Shown piece after piece: positions 22,601 through 33,203 of a stretch of DNA of 64,000 bases. Below the pieces are notes generated by a model, which was given only the letters and a program-made list of their open reading frames with translations, was not told the DNA's origin and did no database searches. The stretch spans positions 1-64,000 of the forward strand of contig JAANOX010000233.1 of the NCBI GenBank assembly GCA_020184695.1, given 5' to 3'. Position 1 is the first letter of the stretch, and each line of letters starts with the position of its first letter. The stretch comes from Histomonas meleagridis 2922-C6/04-290x (lineage: Eukaryota; Protista; Parabasalia). The position numbers and the translations under genes were made by a program.

Positions 22601-25600
22601 TATTGGTACATTTATATTACCACAAAAACCAAAGAAGTTTAAACAAAAGAAAGTTACTTTCATCATACAAAATATACCTTGTGATATATCACAAATATCA
22701 TTTATTGAAAATCAAACACAATTCGCTTTATATTCAGCAATAGCTATTAAAGATGAAATTTGTTTAAATTTAATGCAATCAAATAATAATATTAACTTTG
22801 GTAAAGCTTTGTTTGATGGTGCATGTATAACATTTTCACCAAATATATTAAATAGTTTAGCAGTATGTGGAGGTGTTAATATATTATTACCATTATTTAA
22901 TACATATAAATCAAATGAAATTAATGAAATTTATATAAATTCATTAATAAATGTGATTTCTAATATAGCAAAATTGGATGAAAGTATGTTCTTTGATCAA
23001 AACTTCTTTAAAATGTTATCATCATTAATACCAAATAATATATCAATTGAATTTTTGGATTATTTATATAATACATTTCATATAATTAAAAACGTGGAAA
23101 TTAAAATCGAAATCTTAAAAAACATTTGGTGTAATTGGGCATTATTAAAACAATTTCCTAAAATGATTTATAAAATTATCTTCTCGAAATATTTATTAAC
23201 TATTGTCTCATTTAATGTCGAATTATTTTCTAAATGTTTTTCCTTTAAATCATTAATAATGGAATTTAGTCAAGAAAATGATGACGATGAAATCATAGAG
23301 GATTATTGGGATATATTATATCAAGTTAAAGAAAATCGTTTTGATGAAGAAGATTCATTATCATTATTAAATAGTATCTTAACTAATCAAAACATAAAAT
23401 TCTTATCTCGAGCATTAGGATTAATATATAATTTCTTAAATAATAATTCGGAATTATTTAAGAAAGTTTGCTTAGAAAATAAAGCATATTTATATATCAT
23501 TCGAATGTTTGCTATACCTAATGAAGAGATTCATATTTATTCATTAAATATATTACATATTTTAGAGACAATTGATAAAACATTAAATTATTCCAAAGAA
23601 ATTATATATATTTCAAGTATATATAATACTAATTTTACTACGTTAAAAACTATTGATTTATTGTTTGGTATAACATTTGATGAAATTGATGTTAATAATG
23701 CAATGAATTATCAATTAAGAGCACAAATTAAATCAAGTCGTATTATAAAGAATTCGAGATTTATACCATTAATTTGTTTCTTATTAAATAAAATACCAAA
23801 GAATTCAATACAACAATATTTGGATTATTTAAAGTTCTCAATATTACAAAATGAATCATCACAAATTAAAATGATCGAATGTTTTTTATGGTATTTTTGG
23901 ATATTATACTTAAATAACTTTGATAATTTATTGGATAATTGGATAAGTTGTATTGCAAGTATTTATTGTTCAACATTACATAAAGAGAAAATTAAGTTCA
24001 CAAGTATTATATTTGGGTTTTATATGTTCTCTTCAATATTTGGTTATCAATTTACTCTTTTATTACGTAAGTTAATTACTACGTTGTTATTAATGAATAC
24101 TTCTTTGCCTGTTCTAACTGAAGCGTTTCGATTTATTTTGTTTTTCTATGAAAATGATCAAAACATCGAAAAACCAAATTTACAAAACGACGACTTTTTA
24201 GAACTATTAAATCATTTATTAAAGTCTGACATGAAAATTCCATTAATTGAATTTGTAATGAAGACAAATAGTGACAAAGAAATCATTAAAATATTATTAA
24301 ATCATTTCCTTGAAGAACATAATGAATTATGTTCTAAATCATTTGTATTAGCTAATGATCAATTACCTGTTGCTTATATATTATCAATGTTAATATGTTT
24401 CATGTATAAAATTAATCCGAATTTATCCGAACAATTTATCGAATCTTATTTAAATATACCACATTTAAGGAAATATAAGAATTGTTTGACTTTGTTGTTG
24501 TTAACTTGCGTGGAAAGTAAATCAAAACCTTTGATCCAAAAATATATGGCCACTGATGAAGTGGAAATGACAGATTTATTTGAAATATTTGAGAAGCAAT
24601 CAAAGGATTACAGTACAATCCTTCAAAATTCAATGGAGGAAGATCAAGGCTCAATTTCTGAGGTGTTCACAAATTACTTCCAAACAAAAACAATATTTTC
24701 TGAATGTCTGTCAGAATTTAAAGAGGAAAGTGACCACCAAAATAAATCGATCGAAAAGTTGTTCAGAAAAAATAACCGTATGTTCAAAAGGAAGGATTGG
24801 GAACTAAGGAAAAATGGTGGTTACTTATGCTATGACTCATCTGCTTTACATTGGAAGATAGATAAGTCACTAGATAAGTTCGGAAGAAGATTATTTATGA
24901 GAATTAATAAGAACTTTAACGATCATAAAGATGCAAGTAGAACTAATCCTCAACTTCAAAATAATAATGACGAAAATGGTAAAAATCAAAATATGTTGAC
25001 TATGAAAAGAGACTTAACTTCAATTCAAGAGAATTTGACAATATTAGGAAACGATAAAGATTTCATATTGAAATCAATTAGTTGCGAATTATTAACAATG
25101 AAGTATATGTATGGAGGATCGATTTTCTTTTTCGGTGATTCGTTCATATTCGAGTCCGAAACTTTAATGAACAATAAAAAGGAATCGATAATTTATCATG
25201 GAAAACTTGTCGAAATATCCATTAAATCAATCATATTAATACTAAAGAGAAGACATTTACATACTGACAATGCGATCGAAATCTTTTTAAACAACCATAG
25301 AAGTTATTTCTTTATCATGGATATCAATGACCGAAAATCTCTCCTAAAGTTAATTTCACGAAATCATCCGGAGATTAAAATACAGTTAAAATCCGCGCAA
25401 AAGTTATTCGATGAAATGAATATTCAAAAAGATTGGAAATCAGGAAAAATTTCAAATTACGAATATTTGTATTGGGTAAACATGTTTAGTGGAAGGTCAT
25501 TCAATGACTTGTCGCAATACCCAGTATTCCCTTGGATATTATCAGATTACAGCTCATTGCACATATCGTTGCGAGATTCAAATGTTTACAGAGATTTGAG

Positions 25601-27194
25601 TAAGCCGATAGGGGCTTTGAATCAAAACAGAATTAATGACTTGTTGGAAAGATATGAAGAAGTGAAAGATGAGCCTACTTCTTCTTTGTATAGACAGCAT
25701 TACTCAAACTCAGCTATTGTTATACATTATATGATTAGATGTGAACCATTTACTTCACTCCATATTGTATTACAAGGAAATAAATTCGACGCTGCAACAA
25801 GATTGTTCAAGTCTATACCTTTGGCTTATAATATGTGCGTGTCAGAATTGAATGATTTTAGAGAATTGATTCCTGAATTCTTTTCAACACCTGAGTTCCT
25901 AATTAACTCTCAAAAGTATGACTTAGGTGAAGGTGTTGATGACGTTGAACTTGCTAAATGGGCGAAAACGCCTGCTGAATTTATTGCAATTAATAGATTG
26001 GCATTGGAATCAGCTCATGTGTCAAAAAATATTAACCAATGGATCGATTTGATCTTCGGTGTCAAACAACAAAGTCTTGAAGCTTTAAATCTGTTTCATC
26101 CATATTCAGATTCTACATTTTTCGATAAGTTAAAAGAACCTGAACAAATAGAATTGGCTCAACAATATGCTTTGAGCTTTGGCGTTAACCCACAAAAGCT
26201 TTTTGCAAGTCCACACCCGCAAAGGACTTTCATACCGTTTATGCCAGACTTCAGCAGTGAAAAATCGATAACGTTCTCCATTTTAGAACAAAGTGTCAGA
26301 GCATTGAAAATATGGTGCAGCGATCAAAATGATTTGAATTATGCGGTTCAATCCGGTCAAATTTACTCAACCAATTTTGACAAAACCGGCTTCAAAGTTA
26401 TCTCAAAATTCACTTTTTCAATACAGATACCGCCGAAATTGAGTAGTATCGGAATTTTTAATAAGTTTACAAGCGTCAGACCTGAAGACAAATTATTCTT
26501 TTTCGCAAGCCCTTGGAGTGATACATTCGATGTAGTGAACTACGCTGAATCAAAAGGGAAAACACAAACATTCAGAGGACATTCAGCAAGTATTTTATCG
26601 ATTTGTGGAGGATCAAAATATGTGATTAGTGCAGCTCAAGATTTTTCTTTATGCGTTTGGGATATCCAAACGAGAAGAATCACAGGTTCAGTACATGCAC
26701 ATTTCGAACGTATCGAATGTCTTGCATATTCTGAAGAATTAGATCTGATTGTATCTGTTGACGTTTCATTGAAGTTTGCTTATTCATCAGCAATCAATCA
26801 CGCCTTCAATAGGAGTATCAAAGTGCGATCTCTTCCTAGTTATGCCGTGATATCTGATCTTGGATTTGTAATTTTAATATCCGAAAGGAAAATAGCTGAT
26901 AATGTTAAGACAAAACTTAGCGTATTCGACCTTAGCCAACGAAATCTGAGATCAAAGGAAGTGGATAGCAGTGTAACAACATATTGCAAATGTACATTTC
27001 CAGACAGATCCGAATATTTGTGCCTCGCTATGAAGTCTAAGGACATAATCTTGCTCCGCGTGTACGATTTGAAGACTGTAGCAAAGGGCTGGCTCCCAAA
27101 TGTTGCAAGATCAATAACTTTTTCATCAGAAAGAAGAACTATATATGCGTTGTTGGAAAATAATGAACTTGTGGCATCACAGCCATTTCAGTGA
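19626..27194 (+). CDS. Beige/BEACH-domain protein (ConA-like, PH-BEACH, WD40), 2522 aa
   Basis: BEACH signature ISNYEYLYWVNMFSGRSFNDLSQYPVFPWIL, YRQHYS, ELIPEFF, QWIDLIFG; preceding PH region; C-terminal WD40 (GHSASILSI..SAAQDFSLCVWD). Confidence 0.97.
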   Translation: MNMINFKNLIKPKIKDEIHKLWVNYFSASESKNSKSLKNSPLYDDIQQFNLISMKESQITSKIKSSSTQKDTENELWNILPDILQFDTTISKSYFTFSRKLYDMKDSQDFQKILNDISPQLIKLSIVFFYQFIKNFDVILTNNCPSNFPSSYILDFSYSHKLLLMTKTKTFNDYITLLNNFIGFLEANLEFVLVKSDNFTAVQFCRLIFISIPELFSQRPIEEELFPLITYVSLYVYQSTRFSKFDQDVKYHYESILKYILESDVTLYVGKELYTHIIATISSIFLMYLKNTSSIDIPFLTFLILIIDKFAPISIIETKIQFLKTSLKMVSWSIIQITKVIFDSLSLFTTEPEIIPPKIFQFSKKNELNRENIFISETLFDINEIKNPKQINPNDLKVCQIQSILTGPQVVKQYFSHFIMLMLKDKELYQTILTKAIEYLSSKNISDKFFAILLFRTGDPTFTSQFIAQNQIWKIILSEITFYKLNILDNEIHKMINSLIISCYTSDHLDQSELMKTLSFSLIKYNQEAVNLAYKLLLINSAKFVDSLSSSNMVDFLFNLDLKTKCLMLTDNTDLELMGLRTTILILIKTISTIQNGIKNLFLTETRSVYMISLLYELPLQDIIMEIISQGLHDLNSSAKIIKAFNYMNSNFSTSKSLVNDQRSQNLIKTFSEKILELVYIKLSLSQKVVLKYSILCIKAEPLFKIALLSENFDFSFYIFKFLIQICLNYKNFVIKLNKPQLRFHKTWRKILKRTKINEEIINQLNLLTFLNDKTIIQNPIGLHLLVSLTKSTPFHNDILDNLIKLCQNSQINRTICSSANLIITLLKFMKRNDKKTETYLKLLTLIGSTSFNPNELNIFLQMLENKNTKHLIKFIEVFSTILNNTKQNEPHSYFHFTNNTRFTINDFEINSIITISFIIRFEKEALENTHQLFYIGGEDFNLSSIIKDTYYEITFNKQQFKNEQKFQPFQWYTLDYQLTKDKIIIYLNKTCIGTFILPQKPKKFKQKKVTFIIQNIPCDISQISFIENQTQFALYSAIAIKDEICLNLMQSNNNINFGKALFDGACITFSPNILNSLAVCGGVNILLPLFNTYKSNEINEIYINSLINVISNIAKLDESMFFDQNFFKMLSSLIPNNISIEFLDYLYNTFHIIKNVEIKIEILKNIWCNWALLKQFPKMIYKIIFSKYLLTIVSFNVELFSKCFSFKSLIMEFSQENDDDEIIEDYWDILYQVKENRFDEEDSLSLLNSILTNQNIKFLSRALGLIYNFLNNNSELFKKVCLENKAYLYIIRMFAIPNEEIHIYSLNILHILETIDKTLNYSKEIIYISSIYNTNFTTLKTIDLLFGITFDEIDVNNAMNYQLRAQIKSSRIIKNSRFIPLICFLLNKIPKNSIQQYLDYLKFSILQNESSQIKMIECFLWYFWILYLNNFDNLLDNWISCIASIYCSTLHKEKIKFTSIIFGFYMFSSIFGYQFTLLLRKLITTLLLMNTSLPVLTEAFRFILFFYENDQNIEKPNLQNDDFLELLNHLLKSDMKIPLIEFVMKTNSDKEIIKILLNHFLEEHNELCSKSFVLANDQLPVAYILSMLICFMYKINPNLSEQFIESYLNIPHLRKYKNCLTLLLLTCVESKSKPLIQKYMATDEVEMTDLFEIFEKQSKDYSTILQNSMEEDQGSISEVFTNYFQTKTIFSECLSEFKEESDHQNKSIEKLFRKNNRMFKRKDWELRKNGGYLCYDSSALHWKIDKSLDKFGRRLFMRINKNFNDHKDASRTNPQLQNNNDENGKNQNMLTMKRDLTSIQENLTILGNDKDFILKSISCELLTMKYMYGGSIFFFGDSFIFESETLMNNKKESIIYHGKLVEISIKSIILILKRRHLHTDNAIEIFLNNHRSYFFIMDINDRKSLLKLISRNHPEIKIQLKSAQKLFDEMNIQKDWKSGKISNYEYLYWVNMFSGRSFNDLSQYPVFPWILSDYSSLHISLRDSNVYRDLSKPIGALNQNRINDLLERYEEVKDEPTSSLYRQHYSNSAIVIHYMIRCEPFTSLHIVLQGNKFDAATRLFKSIPLAYNMCVSELNDFRELIPEFFSTPEFLINSQKYDLGEGVDDVELAKWAKTPAEFIAINRLALESAHVSKNINQWIDLIFGVKQQSLEALNLFHPYSDSTFFDKLKEPEQIELAQQYALSFGVNPQKLFASPHPQRTFIPFMPDFSSEKSITFSILEQSVRALKIWCSDQNDLNYAVQSGQIYSTNFDKTGFKVISKFTFSIQIPPKLSSIGIFNKFTSVRPEDKLFFFASPWSDTFDVVNYAESKGKTQTFRGHSASILSICGGSKYVISAAQDFSLCVWDIQTRRITGSVHAHFERIECLAYSEELDLIVSVDVSLKFAYSSAINHAFNRSIKVRSLPSYAVISDLGFVILISERKIADNVKTKLSVFDLSQRNLRSKEVDSSVTTYCKCTFPDRSEYLCLAMKSKDIILLRVYDLKTVAKGWLPNVARSITFSSERRTIYALLENNELVASQPFQ

Positions 27195-27734
27195 TTTGCG
27201 TTGTGAAAATTTTAACCATAAATATATTAATCATAAATTTTTTTTTTTAATTTTAACAATCCAAAATGAATTATTTGATGTGATCACTGGAATCCAGAAA
27301 CACAATAACTGTTAGCGAATTGGATTTGCAGAAACCATTTTCATCATTGTATCCTCAAGGCATGAAATACCCATAGGTATGTAATGTCATATATCAAATC
27401 AATAAAAATTATTTATTCATCAAAAATATCCCAAAATTCCAATACATATTTATCCCAACTTAATCTATTAACCCAACGCCAACGCAATAAACAGCAAAAT
27501 GTGTCAGAAAGTTCATTTCGAACTCGTTTTCCATCTGCTGCACTTTTTGATTTTCTATGGAACGATATAATTTTTATGACAAAAATAATCGTTTAACAAC
27601 TGAATTTCCCTATCGGTTGTACTAATTCCTTATTTTTAATAAATGCAAGAATAAATTAATTTATAAAGAATCACTTCAGATGAATTTGTATTTCATTTAA
27701 GTCAGATAACTAAATTAATATTTTATTACATAAT

Positions 27735-29045
27735 TTAAATTACTTCCATTGTTTCCATTTTCCTTTCGTACGCCACAAGCTGTATAGTAAGTTGGAAAAC
27801 GTACAAGTCTGAACGCGTCATTTCCAACACTTTCACCATTTTCCCCTCGTTTTCCACGTCTCGACTTGCATCGTAAACGTCTCTCATTTTGTCCACCCCG
27901 AGTAAACCTTCCAAAAAAACTCTGACAGCCTCAACTTTGAACGATAGCGGGTCATTTCGCTTCACATTTCCGAGTCTGAGCTTTCTGCCCATGAAATAAA
28001 ACTCACCCAAAATTAATGATTCCACTTCTTCTGGTACATCAATTAGGTTATCATTTGATATAACCATTCGTAAATTTTCAGCCATTCGTTTCATATCATC
28101 ATAAATATTCGCAAGTTCTCCTTCAAATTCTTCTTCTTCGTTCTCAATTATTAAGTGTACATCTGAAACAGCTCCATATGGAGTTCGACCAGGTTTAATT
28201 CCATGGAATATTTCATGACCTAACTCAATATCAGCAAGTGTTTTGCCTAACAACGCAATGGCCTTGTTTCGTATCAATGGGATTTTAAAGATTTCATTGA
28301 TCGTAGGACGCGATCGTGGATCTTTTGATAATAAAAGTCGAACTACAGATTTAAGGTCTTCACTATAATGTATTGGCATTGGAGCTGGCTGCTTAAGTAT
28401 TATTTGTTTCATTAAATCTGTAATATTTGCACCTGTAAACGCTTTACGTAATGTGATCATTTCATATAAAATACAGCCTAATGACCATATGTCGGATTTG
28501 GAATTATAGCGTTTCCCTATGCATATTTCAGGCGAACAATATGTTGGCGTACCAATTGTAGTTTTTGCCATATCTTCAGTATGATCTAATGTAGTTGATA
28601 TACCAAAATCACCAAGTTTGATGATGTTTCCACGCGAAAGAAACACGTTTTGTGGTTTCAAATCTCGATGTAAAATTTTACGATCATGAATATACTTAAG
28701 AGCAAGACAAATTTGTACAAAGTAATCAAGGATTTGCTCTTCGCCAATAAATACCCCTTTACGATTCCTAAGATAAGTACTAAGATCTCCACCATCTGCA
28801 TAATCCATTAATATTAAAATCTTGTCTTTACGATGAACACAATTTCGATATCGAATAATATTAGTGTGCTTAAGTGTTTTTAAGATAGCGGCTTCTTTAA
28901 GTGAAGCTTTCTTGGCTGATGGTGATAATCCAGTTAGATCTAATTCTTTAACAACGCGATATTCATGTGTTGTTATTGATCTAACAAGAATTGCACGTCC
29001 AAATCCTCCTTTCCCTATTTCTTTTATTGCTTTATACTTTTCCAT
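27735..29045 (-). CDS. NEK (NIMA-related) Ser/Thr kinase, 436 aa
   Basis: IGKGGFG, HRDLKPQNVFL, LGDFGIS, TTIGTPTYCSPE, KSDIWSLGC; typical NEK N-terminal kinase domain. Confidence 0.95.
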   Translation of the reverse strand: MEKYKAIKEIGKGGFGRAILVRSITTHEYRVVKELDLTGLSPSAKKASLKEAAILKTLKHTNIIRYRNCVHRKDKILILMDYADGGDLSTYLRNRKGVFIGEEQILDYFVQICLALKYIHDRKILHRDLKPQNVFLSRGNIIKLGDFGISTTLDHTEDMAKTTIGTPTYCSPEICIGKRYNSKSDIWSLGCILYEMITLRKAFTGANITDLMKQIILKQPAPMPIHYSEDLKSVVRLLLSKDPRSRPTINEIFKIPLIRNKAIALLGKTLADIELGHEIFHGIKPGRTPYGAVSDVHLIIENEEEEFEGELANIYDDMKRMAENLRMVISNDNLIDVPEEVESLILGEFYFMGRKLRLGNVKRNDPLSFKVEAVRVFLEGLLGVDKMRDVYDASRDVENEGKMVKVLEMTRSDLYVFQLTIQLVAYERKMETMEVI

Positions 29046-30825
29046 TTGATAATGAAATGCATCAAATTTGAATATGTTTAACCGTAAAATTTGACGTTAA
29101 ATCATCAGAACTTTCAATCGAACGATGGCATTTTTTCACTTGAAAACGATTATTTAATTTTAACCATTGAATGGTATTCGTTCATCTCAGATTCTGCAAT
29201 ATATGTTTTCAATATGCTGATTTTGCTTGGGCTTCGAATTAACTTAATTATATCTTAAAGGATGTCTACATAAGATTGTTTAAAGTGTTTGGATTGTACA
29301 AGGATGGATGATCATAAGAATCTCTATCAGTAAGTAATAAGTTCATTGAAAACTTTCTTCTTACTTTATATTTCAATCGTATCTGATTTGACTTCTTCGT
29401 ATGTTGAAATAAGTTCACTATATTTTGAAATTCCATTTGTATCTTGTGCAACATTAAGGTTAATGTGCATTATTTTAGTTTTCCAAAAATTGTTAATCGA
29501 ACTTTCCCTCTTCGTTTCATTAGTGGTTACAAAAGAAGAGTTTGTTAAAACTTAGGTCAATTGTAACAAGTAATAGAGCCAAACTTTTCATTGGGGGATC
29601 CATTTCACTTTAAACAAAGTTCACTTCGTGGTCAACCATTTCTGGAAAACTCGCTTCTTATAAATAAAATGTTGCTGAGAAACAAGATTTAACAAATTCG
29701 TTTTCAATAATGTTTTTGCTTCTTTTCTATGATTTATTTCCTAAAGATTTTACAACAGCAGTAATTCAAAGATTTACATTTTTTTTCAGTGTTTTTTATT
29801 TTCGGTGACACAGAAAATGAAATTCAGAACAGGCTTTTCAGTGATATTCAATTAACAAAGGACAACCAAAAAAATTTATGCATATGACAAAATGTTCTTC
29901 CAATACATCATCCATTCATTCCAAGTAATGTACAACAAAGAAAAGCATGATTTGTTTTACCTTTCATCCTTCAATTTATTCTGAAACATTTTTCAAATTT
30001 TCATATCTCCAAAATTTTCTGTTTTTAAGCTAAAGCACTGGTTTCTTTGGGAACGAATAATCTTTGTTTAGTGTTTTTTAATTCTAATAGTTAAAAAACT
30101 ATTGATAAAAAATCTATATTTTTTTAAAGCTTATGATGGAAGAAAATGATATTATTCTATAAAAGCCATTGAAACGACATCATTTACATATAATATGTAG
30201 GTATTTTAGATGATAAATGCAAATTAATATAATTTGTAATTGTATCTTGTACATCTAATTAGAAGAATAATTATCCATTTATATATGTATTAAACTACTT
30301 TTGCAAGAAAACAAAGATTTGAAAGAATGAAAAGGATGAAGTTTTTGAATTTGATGATTTGTAAATTTTCCATAATATCTAAGAATTTATTTTCACTATA
30401 GCAAAATTATATAATATAATGTTAAATAACAAAATGATAATTTTTAAATAAGTGTAACATAACTTATATGGTCATTATATTGCATGAAATGATTTGCTAC
30501 AAAAAAAATATATTTTGATGAACAAATTTATTCATTGTTTGGGCGAATATTGACTTTATTTCAATAAGGCTTTGAATTACTTCTAAAAATCAATAATCAC
30601 CGTAAAAGATTAATATAATTTTCTTTGTAGATGGAAGTTTCCAGAGGTTTTTCTGTGGAAACCGCTAAAAAAGTCAAACCGATAAATAAAAATTTTCATT
30701 CAGCAGAATTCAATTGTCTGGAGGTTTGCTGTCAAAAACTGTTTATAAACAGCCCACAATTTTTGAATGTCCTTTGTAAATGTTTATAAACATTTCCGGT
30801 CATCAATGTTTCATAAATATTCATA

Positions 30826-32736
30826 ATGGAAACAAATATAGAAGAAAGGCAATTTAATGTACGCTTTCTCCCCTACTTTTATGCACATTATTTGAATTTT
30901 ATCTTTTTATTCATTTGTTTATTATCAACTTTTATTTTCACCAAATATTCAACAGTCCGAAATATTCAATCCAATAACATGACTGAACCTTTTACTGAAG
31001 AACCATTTTATTTTGTTCAGATGTCAGATACCCATTTTACACAAAAGAATCCTTCTAATGTTAATAATCTTCGAAATATATTCAAAAATATATCTAAAAA
31101 ATTAGATCCATCAGTTGTAATCATTACTGGTGATATTACTGATGGAACTGATGATGGTTCTGAGATACAGAAATATGGGCCAAATCTACAAAATTGGATT
31201 TTATACAATATGACACGTTATCAATCAGGTCTCATTAAAGAAGGAAGAGTTTTACTTGAATATCCAGGTAACCATGATTATTTTAGTATTTCCGAAGATG
31301 ATTCACCAAAGAACTATTACAAACAATTTGCACTTAATAGTGAATTACGAAATTCTGGAACAAATTATACAATTGAAACAAATGTTGGGAAAATTAATTT
31401 TATTTCATTCACAGGATTACATTTCCCTTATCCAACTGGACCTTTTGGTTCTATTCCAATATTGATGCAATCAGATGTTGATAAACTTCAAAATAGTTTT
31501 ATGGATGATGCAACAAATATTATAATTTCTCATTTTCCAGTCAATTCTTTATGGCATCGATCTGCATCAAATGGAGAAAGTTTTAAATCGATAATTCGTA
31601 AATCAGATATTTATTTATCAGGACATACACATCCAAAAACATTTAAAACTTATCATGTCGGAGATACATTAACAATTGCTTCGACTTCAATTTGTTACAG
31701 AAAAACAGCCGGAATTATTACACTTGAAAAAGGTGCAATTGTTTATAATGAATTTAATCCATCTGATAAAAATATTATAGCTATTTCTTATCCTGTGCCA
31801 TTAAAACAGGTTAGTAAGTATCAAGTATTTAATGAAAATCATTTTCCTGTTCGATTAATTGGATATTCTAAAAAAGAATTAAAATTAACTTTAATAATTG
31901 ATGATAAAAAAATCGGCACAATACCAATGAAAAAGATAATTAAAGAAAATGTTCGTCTTTATTCATTGAATATAACACTAAGAGATGGAAAACATAAATT
32001 AGAAATTAAAGGCGATGCAACAAAAGAAATTGAATTTTTTGTTGGTAAAAAATCGCCATTTTTTGTGGAAATGATTCAAAATGTGAATACAAAAGATTTT
32101 ACATTTTCATTAGCATTTGTATTTCTTGCAATTGCAATATTTAAGTTAATTCCATTTTGGATTCCATTTAAAGAAGCACTTGATGAATTCGAAGAATATA
32201 TGTTTTATTGCGGAAGTAATACAATTCCAATATATAAACAAATTTTTCTTGGTCCATTTTATATATGGAATAGATTAAGGAAAGTTCCAATTTATGTTTA
32301 TATATTTATCATAATTTTGGCTATAGCAATATTAGGCATACCTTATGCAGAAACTAAAATTGAAAATTATTTAGCTATAGTTTGGTTATGGGGTTACCAA
32401 GCTAATGGTGATATATATTTTGATGCACATTCTTATTTTATTATGATTTGTTATTATTTATTATGGGTGTTACCTGTTATTAATTTATGTGAAATTTATT
32501 TCGAATCAAATAATCATTGCTTGTTACAAAAAGTGGAATTTGGTATTAATAGTTTTGCTATGTTAATAGCTACAATTGCATGGGTCATAATTTGTATGTT
32601 TTATGGCGGCACGTTTTCACTATTTTCCTCTTTCTTTACTTATTTGCAGATTGTTACTTATCTGTTTTTGATAATAACATTTGCTATAAAATGGAATAGA
32701 GTAAAAGAACAAAGCATAAAAGAATTGAACGCTTAA
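30826..32736 (+). CDS. TMEM62-like calcineurin-like metallophosphoesterase with N- and C-terminal transmembrane segments
   Basis: SDTH, TGDITD, PGNHD, SHFP and SGHTH metallophosphoesterase motifs; multiple C-terminal hydrophobic helices. Confidence 0.88.
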   Translation: METNIEERQFNVRFLPYFYAHYLNFIFLFICLLSTFIFTKYSTVRNIQSNNMTEPFTEEPFYFVQMSDTHFTQKNPSNVNNLRNIFKNISKKLDPSVVIITGDITDGTDDGSEIQKYGPNLQNWILYNMTRYQSGLIKEGRVLLEYPGNHDYFSISEDDSPKNYYKQFALNSELRNSGTNYTIETNVGKINFISFTGLHFPYPTGPFGSIPILMQSDVDKLQNSFMDDATNIIISHFPVNSLWHRSASNGESFKSIIRKSDIYLSGHTHPKTFKTYHVGDTLTIASTSICYRKTAGIITLEKGAIVYNEFNPSDKNIIAISYPVPLKQVSKYQVFNENHFPVRLIGYSKKELKLTLIIDDKKIGTIPMKKIIKENVRLYSLNITLRDGKHKLEIKGDATKEIEFFVGKKSPFFVEMIQNVNTKDFTFSLAFVFLAIAIFKLIPFWIPFKEALDEFEEYMFYCGSNTIPIYKQIFLGPFYIWNRLRKVPIYVYIFIIILAIAILGIPYAETKIENYLAIVWLWGYQANGDIYFDAHSYFIMICYYLLWVLPVINLCEIYFESNNHCLLQKVEFGINSFAMLIATIAWVIICMFYGGTFSLFSSFFTYLQIVTYLFLIITFAIKWNRVKEQSIKELNA

Positions 32737-33203
32737 AGATTTATTCTTTAAAAATATAATAAATACTATCATAAAAAAATCTTGTTTTTTATTAAAGTTT
32801 AACATATTGCATCATATTCTGGAAACAAAATATTGGCGAAAGATATTCTATGGAAAAAAAGTTATTAAAGAACCAATTGATTTTCTGTTGTTGTTTAAAA
32901 ATTTTTAGAGTGTTTGAAGAATATTTTGTTCTCAGTTATTTTGATATCATTTTCTCGTAAAATTTAAAGTACTCCAAAGAATTCAATCCTATTCATTATA
33001 GAGAGCTATTTCTAGGAAAATTTAAGCTTTTGAAGGAATGTACATTCAATTTTTTTATTTTAATTGGCCTCAAAGCCGTTTACCGATATATAAACGGTTA
33101 ATAACGATAAACGTGCGTCATTTCATGCCCGTTTATTTCCCCCACGACCTTTTTCATATCAAATGTCCCGACCAGATAGTCATTCAATATTGTTGGTCAA
33201 TCG

